Assembly: GCF_009914755.1 (NCBI RefSeq)
Contig: NC_060946.1
DNA: 64,000 bases
Reading direction: 5' to 3' (one strand)
From: the human T2T-CHM13v2.0 reference genome, Homo sapiens
Numbering within the stretch: the stretch's first letter is position 1; the number at the start of each line of letters is the position of its first letter. Shown here piece after piece: positions 1 through 21,612 of this stretch. The position numbers and the translations under genes were made by a program. A model generated the notes under the pieces. That model did no database searches. It saw nothing but the letters and a program-made list of their open reading frames with translations, and was not told where the DNA came from.

Positions 1-455
1 CTCGGGCAGACAGCTGGCAGCAGCCAGGCTCCTGGGTGGATGTGTCAGAGAAGGAGGCTCCCCTCTCCCCAGTCCCTCCTGCCCCTTTACTGGCTCAATC
101 AGTCTCAGGCATTCCCAGCCTCCTCTTCCCCATCCTCCAAGGACAACCCCCTTCTGCCCAGTGGCCAGAGGCAGCCCTTCCAGCCCAGTGGAGCGTCCCG
201 GGCAGCAGCACTTTCACATCACCCTGGGAGTGCTTAAAGCACAGAACTCTCACAGCACACCCAGCCTGCCAGCCCGGACCCATTACAGCGGGATCTCCGA
301 GGGTGGGGCTGGGTATCAGCACTTCCAAAAGCTCTCCAGGGCATTTTCCAGTACAACTGGGGCTACTTACCACTGTTCTAGCAAGGAGGAAGATTCGCAG
401 GTGTAAAAGAAAGCTGTTAAAACCTATTACCATCCGAGTCTGTTTCTCAGAAGTA

Positions 456-763
456 TTCTTTTTTTTCTTTCTTTCTTTTTTTTGAGACGGAGTCTTGCTC
501 TGTCACCCAGGCTGGAGTGCAATGGCACAATCTCGCTCACTGCAAGCTCCGCCTCCTGGATTCACACCATTCTCCTGCCTCAGCCTCCCGAGTAGCTCGG
601 ACTACAAGCACCCGCCACCACGCCCGGCTAATTTTTTGTATTTTTAGTAGAGACAGGGTTTCACCGTGTTAGCCAGGATGGTCTCGATCTCCTGACCTTG
701 TGATCCACCCGCCTCGGCCTCCCAAAGTGCTGGGATTATAGGCGTGAGCCACCGTGCCCGGCC
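456..763 (-). mobile_element. AluY-like element
   Basis: Full dimer, poly-T end, flanking duplication AGAAGTAT. Confidence 0.9.
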
Positions 764-865
764 AGAAGTATCCTTTTTTTAAAAAATAGCATATGAGATG
801 AGGGAATTACAGGACAAAATGGTAACCACAGTGTTGGGAGTTAGAAGCCCGAGGGAATTTGTCTA

Positions 866-1597
<732 letters not shown>

Positions 1598-1600
1598 CTA

Positions 1601-2032
<432 letters not shown>

Positions 2033-2400
2033 TCAGCCCCACACCTCCAGCAGAGCTCAACGAGCCACTGAAGGGGTCAGAATGGGTGATCAAAGCGACA
2101 GACAGGGGTGGGGGTACATGGGGTGCGCCTGCAGGCCAGACCAGCTCTACTGCCTCTGCGTGGCTCGTGGACTTGTCTAAGCCCTGGTGCCCACACTCCT
2201 AACGTTGGACACCAGTGTGGAAGCCAGGGCCGGGCCCGAGGCCATAGCCTGACACTCAGATAACAGGCGTCAAAATAGGTGACGCTGCTCAGCTCTGCTG
2301 CCTTTTCACTCGGTCGGCTGCATCCCCCTGACCTCCTTTTGCCCACCTGCCCTGGCAGGGCTGTTACACAGTTCACAGACAGTGTGTGCCGAGAGCTTGA

Positions 2401-2730
<330 letters not shown>

Positions 2731-3127
2731 ACGGGGTCACTTTCACTAAGCCCAGAATGAAATGGGTGTGGACAATTTACACAGCACGGGCTTTGTATCT
2801 GTGGACTTGAGCCGACCTCTTGGGGCTCTGACCCTCTCGCTCCCTGCCTCAGCAGTGGTCACTGTCCCTTTGTGGCCCATCCCTTCATGGTACCACTCTG
2901 CAGCCTGGACATGAACGTGACTGCTGCCAATGGCTCACTCCGGGGCTGGCAGCGGGGCCAACTGCAAGGGTGTCCACTGCTGGGCTCAGACTTCAGGGGG
3001 GTTGTGAGCACCAGACACCCAGGAAGGTCATGGCTGTGCGGCCACTCTGGCTGCCCCCTTCCCTGAGCCAAGGCACCAGCCTGCGCCAACACTCCTCCCA
3101 CACACCCCGGGGAGCACCCGCTGCTTA

Positions 3128-3430
<303 letters not shown>

Positions 3431-4758
3431 CTACGTGTCCTGCTCCCAGGGGACTGCTGTCTGCGCGGGGCGGGGGGCAGAACATATAGGAGATGCAGCC
3501 AGCGCAATGCCGTATGTGATATGAGCATGTGGAGGAAGGGAGGGAGGAAGGGAGGAATGGTGTGGCAGGGCACGATGGAGGCGGGAGACAGGAGATGCAC
3601 ACAAGGAAGCTTCTCGAGCCAGGACCATCAGGTGGGTGCCGGAGATGAGAGGCTCGACAGGCAGAGGGGGCAGCTTGCACCAAGGCCCCGAGGCAGAGGG
3701 TGGACAGGTGCAAGGGGCTGCGCACTAGAGAGGTGGCTGAGGAGATGGGCAGGGCCAGGTCCTGGAGACCTTGGTGCCCGGGGCAAGGCTAGGGCCCTGC
3801 TCAAGGAACCAGCCACCGGGAAGCCGGCGCAGGTGAGGGCCTCCTCCCATCCTCCATGTCCACCCCCGATCTGGTTCCTAGCCCTACTCTCTGGGCCTGG
3901 GTCCAGGGTTTCTGGTCAGCAGAGGTCACTCTGGGGATGGAGGTGACCTGCAGGAGCCCAGAGCACGTGGACTCCAGAGTCTCAAAATCTGAGTTTGAAC
4001 TCTGGGGACAGCTTGGGCAGACACTTGGCCTCTGAGCACAGACTCCCTGATGAAAAGGATGTAGTCACTCCCCACACCACAGGGCCACTGCTGCGGGGAT
4101 GGCACAGCCAGGAAGCGCAGCATCTTCTCGGGAGTCTCCCGCCTCTGTACATGCACTAACGGCGCCTGCTAGCTGGCTGAGCCACGGAAAGAGTTCCTCA
4201 GCCAGGTTTTCCCGATTCCCTACGGGCGGACCCATGGTGCCCATAACATCACTAGTATCACCATTATCTAGAAAGCAAATAAATCTAAGCCCTAAGACCC
4301 CTTCTGAGGAGCTGGGGGAGGTTAAATCCAATCCAAAAGGCTCAACTAGTGTAGCTGCAAAGAGGACGAGGAGCCTGGAGTGGGAACCGTGATCCGTGAA
4401 ACCTGCAGCTTCTGCCCCAACTGGGGATCTGAGTGGGTCTTGCAGGGGAGCCCCAGGCAGCCCACACCATGGGGCTGCCATACGGAGAGGCCCGCGTGAT
4501 GGGGCAGACGTGCAGTCCCACTCTCAGAAAGCCCCACAGAACGTCCCTGGCCCTGTCATCCCGCCTAGAGAAGTGGGACTGGCACCTTCTGGGGAAAAGG
4601 GAAGAACGGCAGTTTGCATGAGTTCCAGTTATGAGCCTAGCAACAGGCTGGTGTTTCCCTGGGTCAGCTCACCTGGTACTCATGACAGCCCCCTGACGTG
4701 GGTGCTGTCATTATCCCCATGGTACAGGTGAGGAAACTGAGGCAGAGAGAAGCTGAAG

Positions 4759-4779
4759 CAGCAGCAGCAGCAGCAGCAG
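4759..4779 (+). repeat. (CAG)7 microsatellite, intron 5
   Basis: Read directly. Confidence 0.9.
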
Positions 4780-5915
4780 AGCCCAGGCCAGCAGGCCCCA
4801 GAATCATCACCTGACCATACCCTGGACCAGTCAGCAGTTCCCAGGCTGGGCTGGACATCAGAACCCCCAGGGAGCTTTAGACATGTGCCAGGTTCCAGGG
4901 CTCCATTCCAGAACTTCTCCTATGGGCTAGGGTAGTGGGTGGTTGATCTGGGAATCTCTACTTTAAGTAGGGAATCTCTCCAGAAGGTCTGGATATTGAG
5001 CACTGGCCCTGAGGAGTCAAAGGCCTGTCTCTGTGCCTCTAGGACAAAGCTGTGGGGTGTGCTCTCTCGCCCTGGTAAAGAAAGGAAGAGGCCTCTTTTG
5101 TTCTCTTTCTTCTTATATCTCTCCCTGCCACCGCCAGGAACAAGAACAGAACATCTGAGCCCACAGGGCTGGGGAATAATTTCTAACAAGGCCACACTAG
5201 CTAACAATCATGAAATCAAAATTTTGTAGACAATATAATCATCAAACAAGGCAGTGAGTCACAGCTGGCCGGAACCTGGGTGGCTGCACCAACTGGTAAA
5301 CAATGGCTCTCAATGCCCCACCCTGAACCCAGGATAGTTTTAACTCTTTCCCTGCAGGTCCAGTGGTGAGATTCTGAATTTAGGAACATGCTAGGGAAGG
5401 AAGGTCTGGAAGCAGAACTGGAGACTTGGCATGTTCAGGTGGAGGCTTTGTGGGTGTGCCCGCCCTGTGGCCTGGGCCCTGCACAGAAGGGAGCAGCAGG
5501 CCCCGCCCTCCAGGGCCATCGTGACTTGGCTGTGGGTTTCATGTACTTTCGTGACTACTCTTGGCGAAGCTGGAGGGGCTGACATGACAGAGCCCCTACG
5601 GAGCCCCAGAGGAGACTAACGCAAGGTCATGAAGAGTGGGCGTGATCCCCTCAGACTCTGCCTCCCTGAACAGGAGGCCGTGGGCTCCACCACGCCGGGC
5701 TGAAAGCTCTACATCCATGACCTCATCTGATCCTCACAACCATCTCTCGAGAGGAGTATCATTACACTCATTTTACAGTGGAGGAAACTAAAGCTCAGAG
5801 AGGGTAAGCCAATTATCCAAGGTCACAGAGTCAGAGGAAAAGCTGGAAATCAGGCTCAGATGGTCAGACACCCAGGCCCACACACTGAGCGACCCCACCA
5901 CACTGCCCCCACCCA

Positions 5916-6599
5916 GGCTACTCTAGACCACAGGGAGGTCAGCCCAGGAAGCTAGAGCAGCTGGATTGCCAAGGCTACTCTAGACCACAGGGAGGTCAGC
6001 CCAGGAAGCTAGAGTGGCTGGATTGCCAAGGCTACTCTAGACCACAGGGAGGCCAGCCCAGGAAGCTAGAGCGGCTGGATTGCCAAGGCTACTCTAGACC
6101 ACAGGGAGGTCAGCCCAGGAAGCTAGAGCGGCTGGATTGCCAAGGCTACTCTAGACCACAGGGAGGTCAGCCCAGGAAGCTAGAGCGGCTGGATTGCCAA
6201 GGCTACTCTAGACCACAGGGAGGTCAGCCCAGGAAGCTAGAGCGGCTGGATTGCCAAGGCTACTCTAGACCACAGGGAGGCCAGCCCAGGAAGCTAGAGC
6301 GGCTGGATTGCCAAGGCTACTCTAGACCACAGGGAGGTCAGCCCAGGAAGCTAGAGCGGCTGGATTGCCAAGGCTACTCTAGACCACAGGGAGGCCAGCC
6401 CAGGAAGCTAGAGCGGCTGGATTGCCAAGGCTACTCTAGACCACAGGGAGGTCAGCCCAGGAAGCTAGAGCGGCTGGATTGCCAAGGCTACTCTAGACCA
6501 CAGGGAGGCCAGCCCAGGAAGCTAGAGCGGCTGGACTGCCAAGGCTACTCTAGACCACAGGGAAGTCAGCCCAGGAAGCTAGAGCGGCTGGATTGCCAA
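5916..6599. repeat. Minisatellite, 12 x 57 bp (GGCTACTCTAGACCACAGGGAGGTCAGCCCAGGAAGCTAGAGCGGCTGGATTGCCAA), intron 5
   Basis: Unit starts every 57 nt from 5916 to 6543; near-identical units. Confidence 0.97.
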
Positions 6600-6874
6600 C
6601 CAGGAAATGCAGGGAGAGACGAAGAGACGGCAGAGGCCTGTTCTGGCGTGTGTCTTTAATGCCAAAACCCTCCTGCCCCCTAGCTGCAGCTGATGAGAAG
6701 TTTTCAAATGGAGGTTCTAGAATCCCCACGCACTTCTTCTGATTTTCACACACACTGAGACTTGGTCACACGAGCAAGAGTCTGGGATCAGCTCTTGCCC
6801 ACAGTGCAACAGACACTCCCAGGATGTCGGTCGCTGCCCCTCCAAGCACACCCTGCTAATGTGGTATCTGCCTA

Positions 6875-7564
<690 letters not shown>

Positions 7565-7592
7565 TTAGGGCTCTGGGAAGACTCCATACTCA

Positions 7593-7718
<126 letters not shown>

Positions 7719-8070
7719 TCAGCAGAATGGGTCCGCAGATGCTGGGATTCTAAACAGCAATGGAGGTGAAAGAGCCACAGCTGTGTGTGGCAACAGGGAG
7801 GAGGCTGGGGGACATAAGGTTGTGCAAAAGGAGCCCGTCAAGAACACAGACATCTGACCTCCCACTCCTAAGTTCAAAACCCGGCACACCTAAATTATCT
7901 TATCCCGGGATGCACCCCTGCACTGGCGTAATACTATGAAGGGACTGTCGTGAGTTCAGGGTTATGTGGGGAGGCCAGAGGAGGCTGAGGTAAGGGTGGG
8001 TACTCAGGAGGTTTGGGAGGGCTGGCAGTGTCGACCCTGGGGCGAAACAGTATTGCCTTTATTAGTTTTT

Positions 8071-8350
8071 CCGGGCGCAGTGGCATGCGCCTGTGGTCCC
8101 AGCTACTGCTGCGGCAGGAGGACGTCTTGAGTCTGGGAGTTCTGGGCTGTAGTGTGCTACACTGATCTGGTGTCTGCACCAAGTCTGGCAGCAGTACGGT
8201 GACCTCCTGGGAGTGGGGGATCACCAGGTTGCCGAAGGAGGGGTGAACCAGCCCAGGTTGGAAACAGAGCAAGTCAAACTCCAGAGTGGGATCGCACCTC
8301 TGAACAGCCACTGCACTCCAGCCTGGGCAACATAGCGAGACCTCATCTCT
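8071..8350 (+). pseudogene. 7SL (SRP RNA) retropseudogene
   Basis: Alu-domain ends flank an S-domain that Alus lack (GGTGACCTCC...GGGGGATCACCAGGTTGCCGAAGGAGGGGTGAACCAGCCCAGGTTGGAAACAGAGCAAGTCAAACTCC); many substitutions and deletions. Confidence 0.9.
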
Positions 8351-10087
8351 AATGTATTTATAAATAAATATTTGTCTTACATACTTGTGTGTTACAGGTC
8401 ACAATTTTATAAGATAACAACAAAACAGTCTCTGTGAAAATCTTGGGAGAAATTCCAAGCAGGAGTGAGAGGGAAGAACCTTCATCCAGTCAACAACCTG
8501 TAGCGGTATCCGGAATACGCACAGCACTATGAGCTACAACAAAGCACACGGCAGCACACAGAACACAGTAAAAACCTTGGGAAGCTTGGGCTGCTCATTC
8601 TAAATTGGGACTCGGCTCAACATCTCCACAAAGACCCAAAATTTGCCACCGGGAGTGATGGCACAGCAAGTCTGCTGTAAATGTTGATGCTATAAATACA
8701 GCAACACGCTGTAACGGGTCTCCTGGTCAGGTGGTTCCTTCTGGGTCAGCAAAATGAAGGCTGCTGCCTGCAGGGTGCTAGAGGCAAATGGACATGCCAG
8801 GATGGAGGAGAGTGTGGAGAAGGCGGGGGAAGGGGTGCAGCAGACGGTACCCAAAATGAAAGAACGCAAGAGGAAGAGCCAGGGTGAGGACATGGGAATG
8901 AGGATGGGCATCCAGTAAAGGCACAAGGCCAAGGGGAGGGGCAGAACAGGGTCAGAACAGGTCGAGGGAGCCACGGTGGCCCTCCAGCCAGAGGGCTTCT
9001 TCTCATCTGACCCCGCCAGCCCCTGCAGTACAGAGTCCTTTTAGGCTCCCTGGTGCCGCCCAGCTTGGCACTTGATCTTTCAATGGGTGACCTGGTCCCT
9101 GCCCAAGCTCCCGCCACTCCCGAGCAGCACTAATGCTGCACTTCTCCCCAGAGCAGGTTCTCTTATCCTTCGGTGCTTCTGCACTCCCAGATCCCAGAGG
9201 TTCTAGCACCCTTCCCGCTGTACTCTCAGGATCCATCAACCCCAGCTGGGATGGCACCCAGTGTGACAAGTCCCCGGTGACCATCGTGGAGGTGAGTGCC
9301 CTCCTACCCACGGAACCTGATTTGCAGACACTTCCCACCCTGTGTCACAATGACTGGTCTCCCCCTCTCGCCTTCCTCAGGACACAGGTGCCACTCATGG
9401 CACACACGGGGCACACCACAACAGTTTCACTGACTGAACTGGAGCGTGGAAAGCCCTGGTGATGTTTTTTAGGCAAAGCTGGCCTTCAGCGATTTGGAAA
9501 GGAACACATTTGCGGCATTTTATGCTACTCACGGTTGCCCTAATCCATTAAGGGCTCCCATCTCCAGGTGGCATCCCCATGTATATGTCCCCCAGCACTG
9601 ACCACGCCTTGTTGTGACTGTCCCTTCACCCTTCACACACATACAGCAGAGGTATGCGATGTGTGTGAGCCTCTTTGGGTTCAGTTTCCTCATCTATCAA
9701 AGGGGATCACAGGAGCACCAACTTGGCAGGTGGCTGTGAGGCGTGAGCATGAAAGTGTTCAGAAGTGTGTCCGGGGCTCACTGCGCTGGGTGTTGGCTGT
9801 CACGACCATTACCGTCTATCTGCTGCCTGCAGGGCCAGGAGCCCCTAGACAGGGCTGAGGGCTGTGTGTACTGCCTGCCTGTGCTGGAGGCAGCTCAGGA
9901 TGTCTCAGGACAGACAAGTCTCCACCAATCTCCAGATGACTCTTCACCAGCAAGAACTATGGGGCAAAGGGAAAGGGGTGGGCATTAAGCCAAACCTGAT
10001 GTCAGCCTGCCAGTAACCTCTGTTCAAAACCTCACAAGGCCAAGCACAATGACCGTGTCCATTCTAAGCCGGGTCCAGCTATATCAT

Positions 10088-10932
<845 letters not shown>

Positions 10933-12831
10933 CAGATAAAACCATGACTGAAGCTCCTGGGACGTGCTGTGATCACTCACGCCTGCATGCAATGGTACAT
11001 TCTGGTCCCTCTGCTCACCGCAGAGGCAGACCCCACTGAGATGCCGCCTCTTCTGTCCTGCACCCTGCTTACTTCACACATCACCCCTCTCTGGGCTCTG
11101 CCTGATCCCTCCGGCACAAAAGCAACATTAAGTAAGGTAAAGAGCCATGGGCCCTGGAGACAGCCTGCCTTGGTTGTGAACTGTGGTCCCACCTCTTAGG
11201 AGCTGTGTGGCCTCAGGCAAGTGTCTTAAGCGCTCCATGCCCGAATCTCCTCATCTGTAAGCGGGATAACTCCTCCCTTGGTGGGGTCAGGGGCTGTGAA
11301 CGTGCAGAGCCTTAGATGAGCTGAGGGCACAGTCAAGAGTCCACGGTGTGTTACCTACTGCTTTTTCCAGACTGTAAACTCCTTGCAGGTAGAATGCAGT
11401 CCTACCTCCAATGACTACCGGAGGGCCTGGCAGCTACAAACATGTCATCAACACTGAAGGAAGGAATGGACAGACGTACATGGACCATCTCCCCAGGGGA
11501 GCCTGCCATGACAACAGGCTCAGGCAGGGCAGGAGGGGACACCCCACTCTCATTCCAACACTGGAGGAGCTCCTCTCAGAGGCTGGCCCCAAGACTATCA
11601 GCTTTCCAGTCTCGAACAACAAAACCCTCCAGGGAAGCCACAGGGGCCCCAGGCCCATAAGCCCTCTCTATCTGGAAGCTCCCTCCCGGGAGAGCCCATC
11701 CCTGCAGTCCTCTCCCAAGAAAGGCTTGGCATCTGGGCTCGTGTCCTTTCCTGCATCAAAACACATGTCAGCAGTCAGCACACTTTTGAATTACGTGGCC
11801 GAGGTCCCTCCGTAACCGGCTCTGCACACAACTGATCAGAATCATCAAATGTCATCATCCCTCTCAGTTCAAGATTCTTGACCTTTTGGAGGTGCTCTGG
11901 GGCCAGCCAGTCTGTAAAGTACCAATTTGCTGACAGTTCCCTTTAAACAATCATTAGTGAGTCGATAATGGACTCCCTAATTCTTGGAGAAGATGAGACA
12001 GAATCTCCTCAGACGTGACGCAACCGGCCCAAGCCTGGCCCCACTGACCAACTGGACACATCAGTCTCCCTCCTGGAAAGTACAGAGCCATGTGAAACAC
12101 CACCTCCAACATCTTAGCAAAGGTGTTTAAAATGGAAAACTCAACACATCCCCTGGAAACAAATAAAAGATGCGTGCGTGGATGTAAGAAGAGCGGAGAA
12201 GCTGAGACGGGGCTGGAGGGAGGTGCTTGACCGGGAAGCTCACTGCCCACCGCCCTTCCCACCACGGCTCCAGTACCAGACCCCTGGAGAGGCCTCGGAG
12301 ACACACAATGACTCTACATCTCCCTAAATATCTACCACAGCTGGTGTGCCAGGCTCTGTGCTAAGCCCTCTCATAAATGACCAAGGAGCCCTCAGGCCAA
12401 GTCCAGAGGGCAGCAACCAGCGTGAGGGACCGGAGGGCCTCTCTCTCCTGGCCTGGACAATCAGGCTGTGTCTTCTCTGGAGGGTTTTGTCTTTGGAGAC
12501 TGGAAAGTTGATGGCCTTGGGGCCAGCCTCTGGGAGGAACTCCTCCATCGTTGGAATGAGAGTAGGCTGTCCGCTCCCCACCCCCATGCCCCATCTGGAA
12601 CTTTCTGCTCCATTCTAGACACCACATCTCAAACTAGAGACAAATGCACAGTATCAGGAGAGAAGGACCAGGATGAACACAAAACAAGGACTGTGCTGGG
12701 GACGAGAAGACATCAGGGGTCACTCTCTTAATAGACGTGACAACCACCTTCTTCCCAGGGGCAGATGGGACTCCCAGGGGCAGATCCCAGAAGGACTGCA
12801 GCTCAATATACTCAATATACGAAACCATTTC

Positions 12832-14875
<2,044 letters not shown>

Positions 14876-16045
14876 ACTATCGAGGTCTTATAATCCTTGG
14901 CTCTATCTGCAAGAGCCACAGCCAGCCAGGGAGTCCTTCTGGCAGCAAACTGGCCTCTGGCTCTTGTGTGGCCCTGCACCTGCGGCCCTCGGCTGTGCTC
15001 ACCCCGGTTGGACAGTGAATGAAGCATCATTCTCTGTTGCTGTCATGCATTCAAATCTCTTTCCCTAACAGGAGTTCACACTTTTCCAGGGGAGAAACTT
15101 GTCCTGTCCTCTCTTTCACCATGCTGGCACAGAGCCCTAGGATTCAGAGACCCAGCTGCAAGTTTGGCCTTTGGCCATTACAAGATCTGGGTCACTCTGG
15201 ACAAGTTTCAGAGCCTATTCAAATTTTTTTCACATTTGTAAATGGGGATAATATATATACTCTGCCAGGTACTTGGGAGGTGAGAATGAGCTAACAGTGA
15301 TGAAAAACACGTGGGAAAACTGTGAAATGCCACGCAAACATTCCTAACAAACAGCAACTGCATAAAGCGACATACGGACACCGCCTCCTGCCTCTGAACC
15401 CCAAGGCCCTGTGCCTCTGATCACAGAACTCCCCAGCACTGTCTCAGAGTTGTCTTTATGGCCCACCCCCAACCCCACAATCAAACACTGAATGCATATG
15501 GGGGGTGGTTCCCACCCTGCCCCCATCTGCCTGCCCCTCCACACCCTCTGGTGACACATGCCAGCACTATGAATTCCAGCCCTCGCAGATGGTACGTGGC
15601 ACTAAGCCCTCTTCCAAGACTCAGCCCTCTCTTTGAGAACAGGAAGCACTAGTCACAGGGTTCACAGGCTAAACACACACTTATCTCCACTATCCCCCTC
15701 CTCGCCCTCCTAACGCCACTGAAATGAGAAGGAATGAGGGTGGGGTGGGGAGCAAACCTTCAAGGACAAGAGGAGTGGCAACAGCCAAGCGACATCAACA
15801 AAGCTCTGAACGCCACATGCCCACCGCTCCATGGTCACCGAGTGGCGGATGGTTGGGGGTGGGGGTGGGAGTCAGAGCCCTAGGAAAAATCAGCACTGCA
15901 CATGCCAGGCAGCTCTGGTGGCTGTGGGTGAGGGTGCAGACGCAGAAGCTGGTTAAAAGTCTCCACGTGGAGCCACTGCATTACAAGTTTCAACAGAGGC
16001 TGAGACAGCTCTATCCTCAGAACACGGTCCAGCTGAGGGCAGTAA

Positions 16046-17760
<1,715 letters not shown>

Positions 17761-17955
17761 TGGATGCAGTGGCTCATGCCTATAATCCCGGCACTTTGGG
17801 AGGTCGAGGCGCAAGGATCATTTGAGCCCAGGAGTTCAAGACCACCCTGGGCAACACAGTGAGACCTCATCTCTACAAAAAAAAAAAAAAAAAAATTAGC
17901 GGGGCATGGTGGTGGCACACGCCTGTGTCTGTCAGAACAAGACCTGTCTCTTCAG

Positions 17956-18259
17956 TGCCAGGCACGGTGCTCATGCCTGTAATACCAGCACTTTGGGAGG
18001 CCGAGGCAGGTGGATCACAAGATCAGGAGATCGAGACCATCCTGGCTAACACCATGAAACCCTATCTCTACTAAAAATACAAAAAATTAGCCAGGTGTGG
18101 TGGCGGGCGCCTGTAGTCCCAGCTACTCAGGAGGCTGAGGCAGGAGAATGGCGTGAACCCAGGAGACAGAGTTTGCAGTGAGCCGAGGTGGCGTCACTGC
18201 ACTCCGGCCTGGGTGACAGAGCGAGACTCCGTCTCAAAAAAAAAAAAAAAAAAAAAAAA
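17956..18259 (+). mobile_element. AluY-like element inserted in an older Alu, 19-bp TSD
   Basis: AGAAC(A/G)AGACCTGTCTCTT at 17934-17952 and 18259-18277. Confidence 0.9.
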
Positions 18260-18538
18260 GAACGAGACCTGTCTCTTAAACAAAGCCCTTCCATAGTAGG
18301 AAGTCACCATGTAACATCATATAAAACTGAAAAACAAACAACAACAAAAACCAGTACAAGCATATTTTTAGGTCATTCTAGGAAGAAAACAGCTGAAAGA
18401 GTTGAAAGTACAGTGAACTTCAGAGTGAGGAGTTAGGGGAGTTTCGTGTTTCAACCATATGCCTATATTACTTTAATAAATGTAATTTTTTTTAGTGTTT
18501 TTTAAAAGCAGAATTTTGTTAACAAAGAAAAAAAGCAG

Positions 18539-19449
<911 letters not shown>

Positions 19450-20808
19450 TCACTGCAGCTGCTGTACTGTTTGTAAACTCCCTGGGAGAGGCCAGGCCAA
19501 AGGGATAATCGCGTTGCTAGGAGATGTGCTTCACAGGGTGGCCGACTTCCTGGAGGACCTCTCCCCGGGCAGGGAGGCAGGTCAGGGCAGGCGGGGCCTG
19601 AACAAAGAGGCTTCTGGAGTGAGGGGTGCCCGCCAGCCATCTGCTGCCGCCTCTGGGGCACGGAGTGAGAGTGAAGCGGAGGCTCCCCTGGCTGTGTGCC
19701 CCGCCTTCTGCCATGCGCCTGTCTTTGGGGTCCCGCCGAGAAGAGAGCCCACACTTGTCCCCCGACCACACAGGAGAGGCCACCTTGGCAGGGAACAGCT
19801 TTGTGCTTCTGAAGGAACAGGTGGGCAGAGGCTGCCCCTGGGTACCCATGCGAGGCTGGCAGCTGAATGGAAGTGGATTCTCAGCCCCACACTTCGCCAA
19901 TTCCAGCCTTTATGGTGCCCCAGGGACCCAGAGGTTTCCCTGGAGACTTGGCTGCTTCCAGAAATATCAGACACCAGAGCCCCAGTTAAGCCCTGAGCAG
20001 GTCCCCATCTGGCCTCAGTATTCTCATCTGGAAGGACAGGATGGAACGCCAGCCTGCGAGGAGGGAGCATGGGATGTTACTGAGGCCCCACATGGAGGAA
20101 TGCAAGGCACAGGGCAGGGGTTTGATTAAGTCCCTTATTCATCCAAAAGGGAGGAAGTAGGCATCTCCCATGGGCCCGGCTCTGTCTGGGCATGGCTGCA
20201 CCCCATCCTGCTCTGGCAGGGCTAATCATGCTCAGGAAGATGGAACACGAAGCAAGGGAGCTGCAGACTGTGGTGGGGCCGAGGACCTGGATGGGTGCTG
20301 GGAGTGAGAGTGGCGGGGAACAGACGGATGGAAAGGAGGGACCCCACGCAGAGCAGAAGAGCTTCCCAGGCCGGGGACACAGCACGTATCAAGCCCTTGA
20401 GGCTGGGAAGCACCTGCCTGATGTGGCCGCAGTTGGGGGTGGGAAGGCAGAAATATGAAAGGCTGGGGTGCAATGGGCTCCTGTTGGGCGCCTCCATTTT
20501 CTTGCCAAACCTAAAGGCATTTCCTGTGCCCTATGAGTTCTCAGGGATACACAAGTTTCAACGTGGAGAGGAAGAGAGACTCCAGCTGCTTGGGGGATGA
20601 GCATGCTTCACTCCAATATCCACAGAGTGCAGGCCTGGGGCAGCACCCTCCCAGGTCAAGGAAACAGACAACTTCTGGGCATGGCCAGAGCTGCTCTGCC
20701 TGAGATTAGGAAAACCACATCCGGTCACTTTACCTAAAACCAGCAGCACAGGTGTGGGTAGGAGACAGGAAACCTCACACTCTGAGAATAGCATGGGTAT
20801 CAATGTAG

Positions 20809-21109
<301 letters not shown>

Positions 21110-21612
21110 AATGCAGGGGTCTTGAGGAACCCCTCCTCTCCATTCCTGCTGGCCTGTCTAGGGCAGACCTGGGCATTGCTGGCCTCTAACAGATGAGGAA
21201 TGCCTGGGACCTGCCCAAGACAGGTCAGAGGCCAGCTCCCATGAGAGCAGCATCCTGGTCTCCTTGTGGTGACTGTTTAGGGGCCACAGCCTCCCGCAGG
21301 GCAGCAGGGGTGAGGCTGGCTTCTCCTCTTGGCAACCCAGCTCCTGGCCTGTGGTCGGAGCTCAGGATGGGAGCAGGTGATGTCTCCACTCCACATCCAG
21401 AACCAAGTCCCCGGAAGGAATCGAGTCTTCTTCCTGGGTGGCACAGTAGGGCACCCACTCGTGGGACAAAGCCCTCAGAATTAAGACCCATGGGGACAGA
21501 GCCCCAGCCCTGCCACTGACTTGCCAGGGATCCCTGGAAGGGTCCCTACCCAACTGCACCTGGGGCCACCTGGGGTCTCTACAAACAGACCACTTGCTTG
21601 CTGCCCCCACCC

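Noticed and set aside
4759-4779. (CAG)7 as an expansion locus
   Set aside because: Short and intronic; ordinary microsatellite
5916-6599. CRISPR-like array of palindromic repeats
   Set aside because: Units are contiguous with no unique spacers, there are no cas genes, and the context is a primate intron; it is a minisatellite
11411-12587. Paralogous peptides PTLIPTLEELLSEAGPK / PTLIPTMEEFLPEAGPK as duplicated exons
   Set aside because: Most differences are non-synonymous, the copies are on opposite strands, and there is no clear exon structure; explained by the DNA-level inverted duplication
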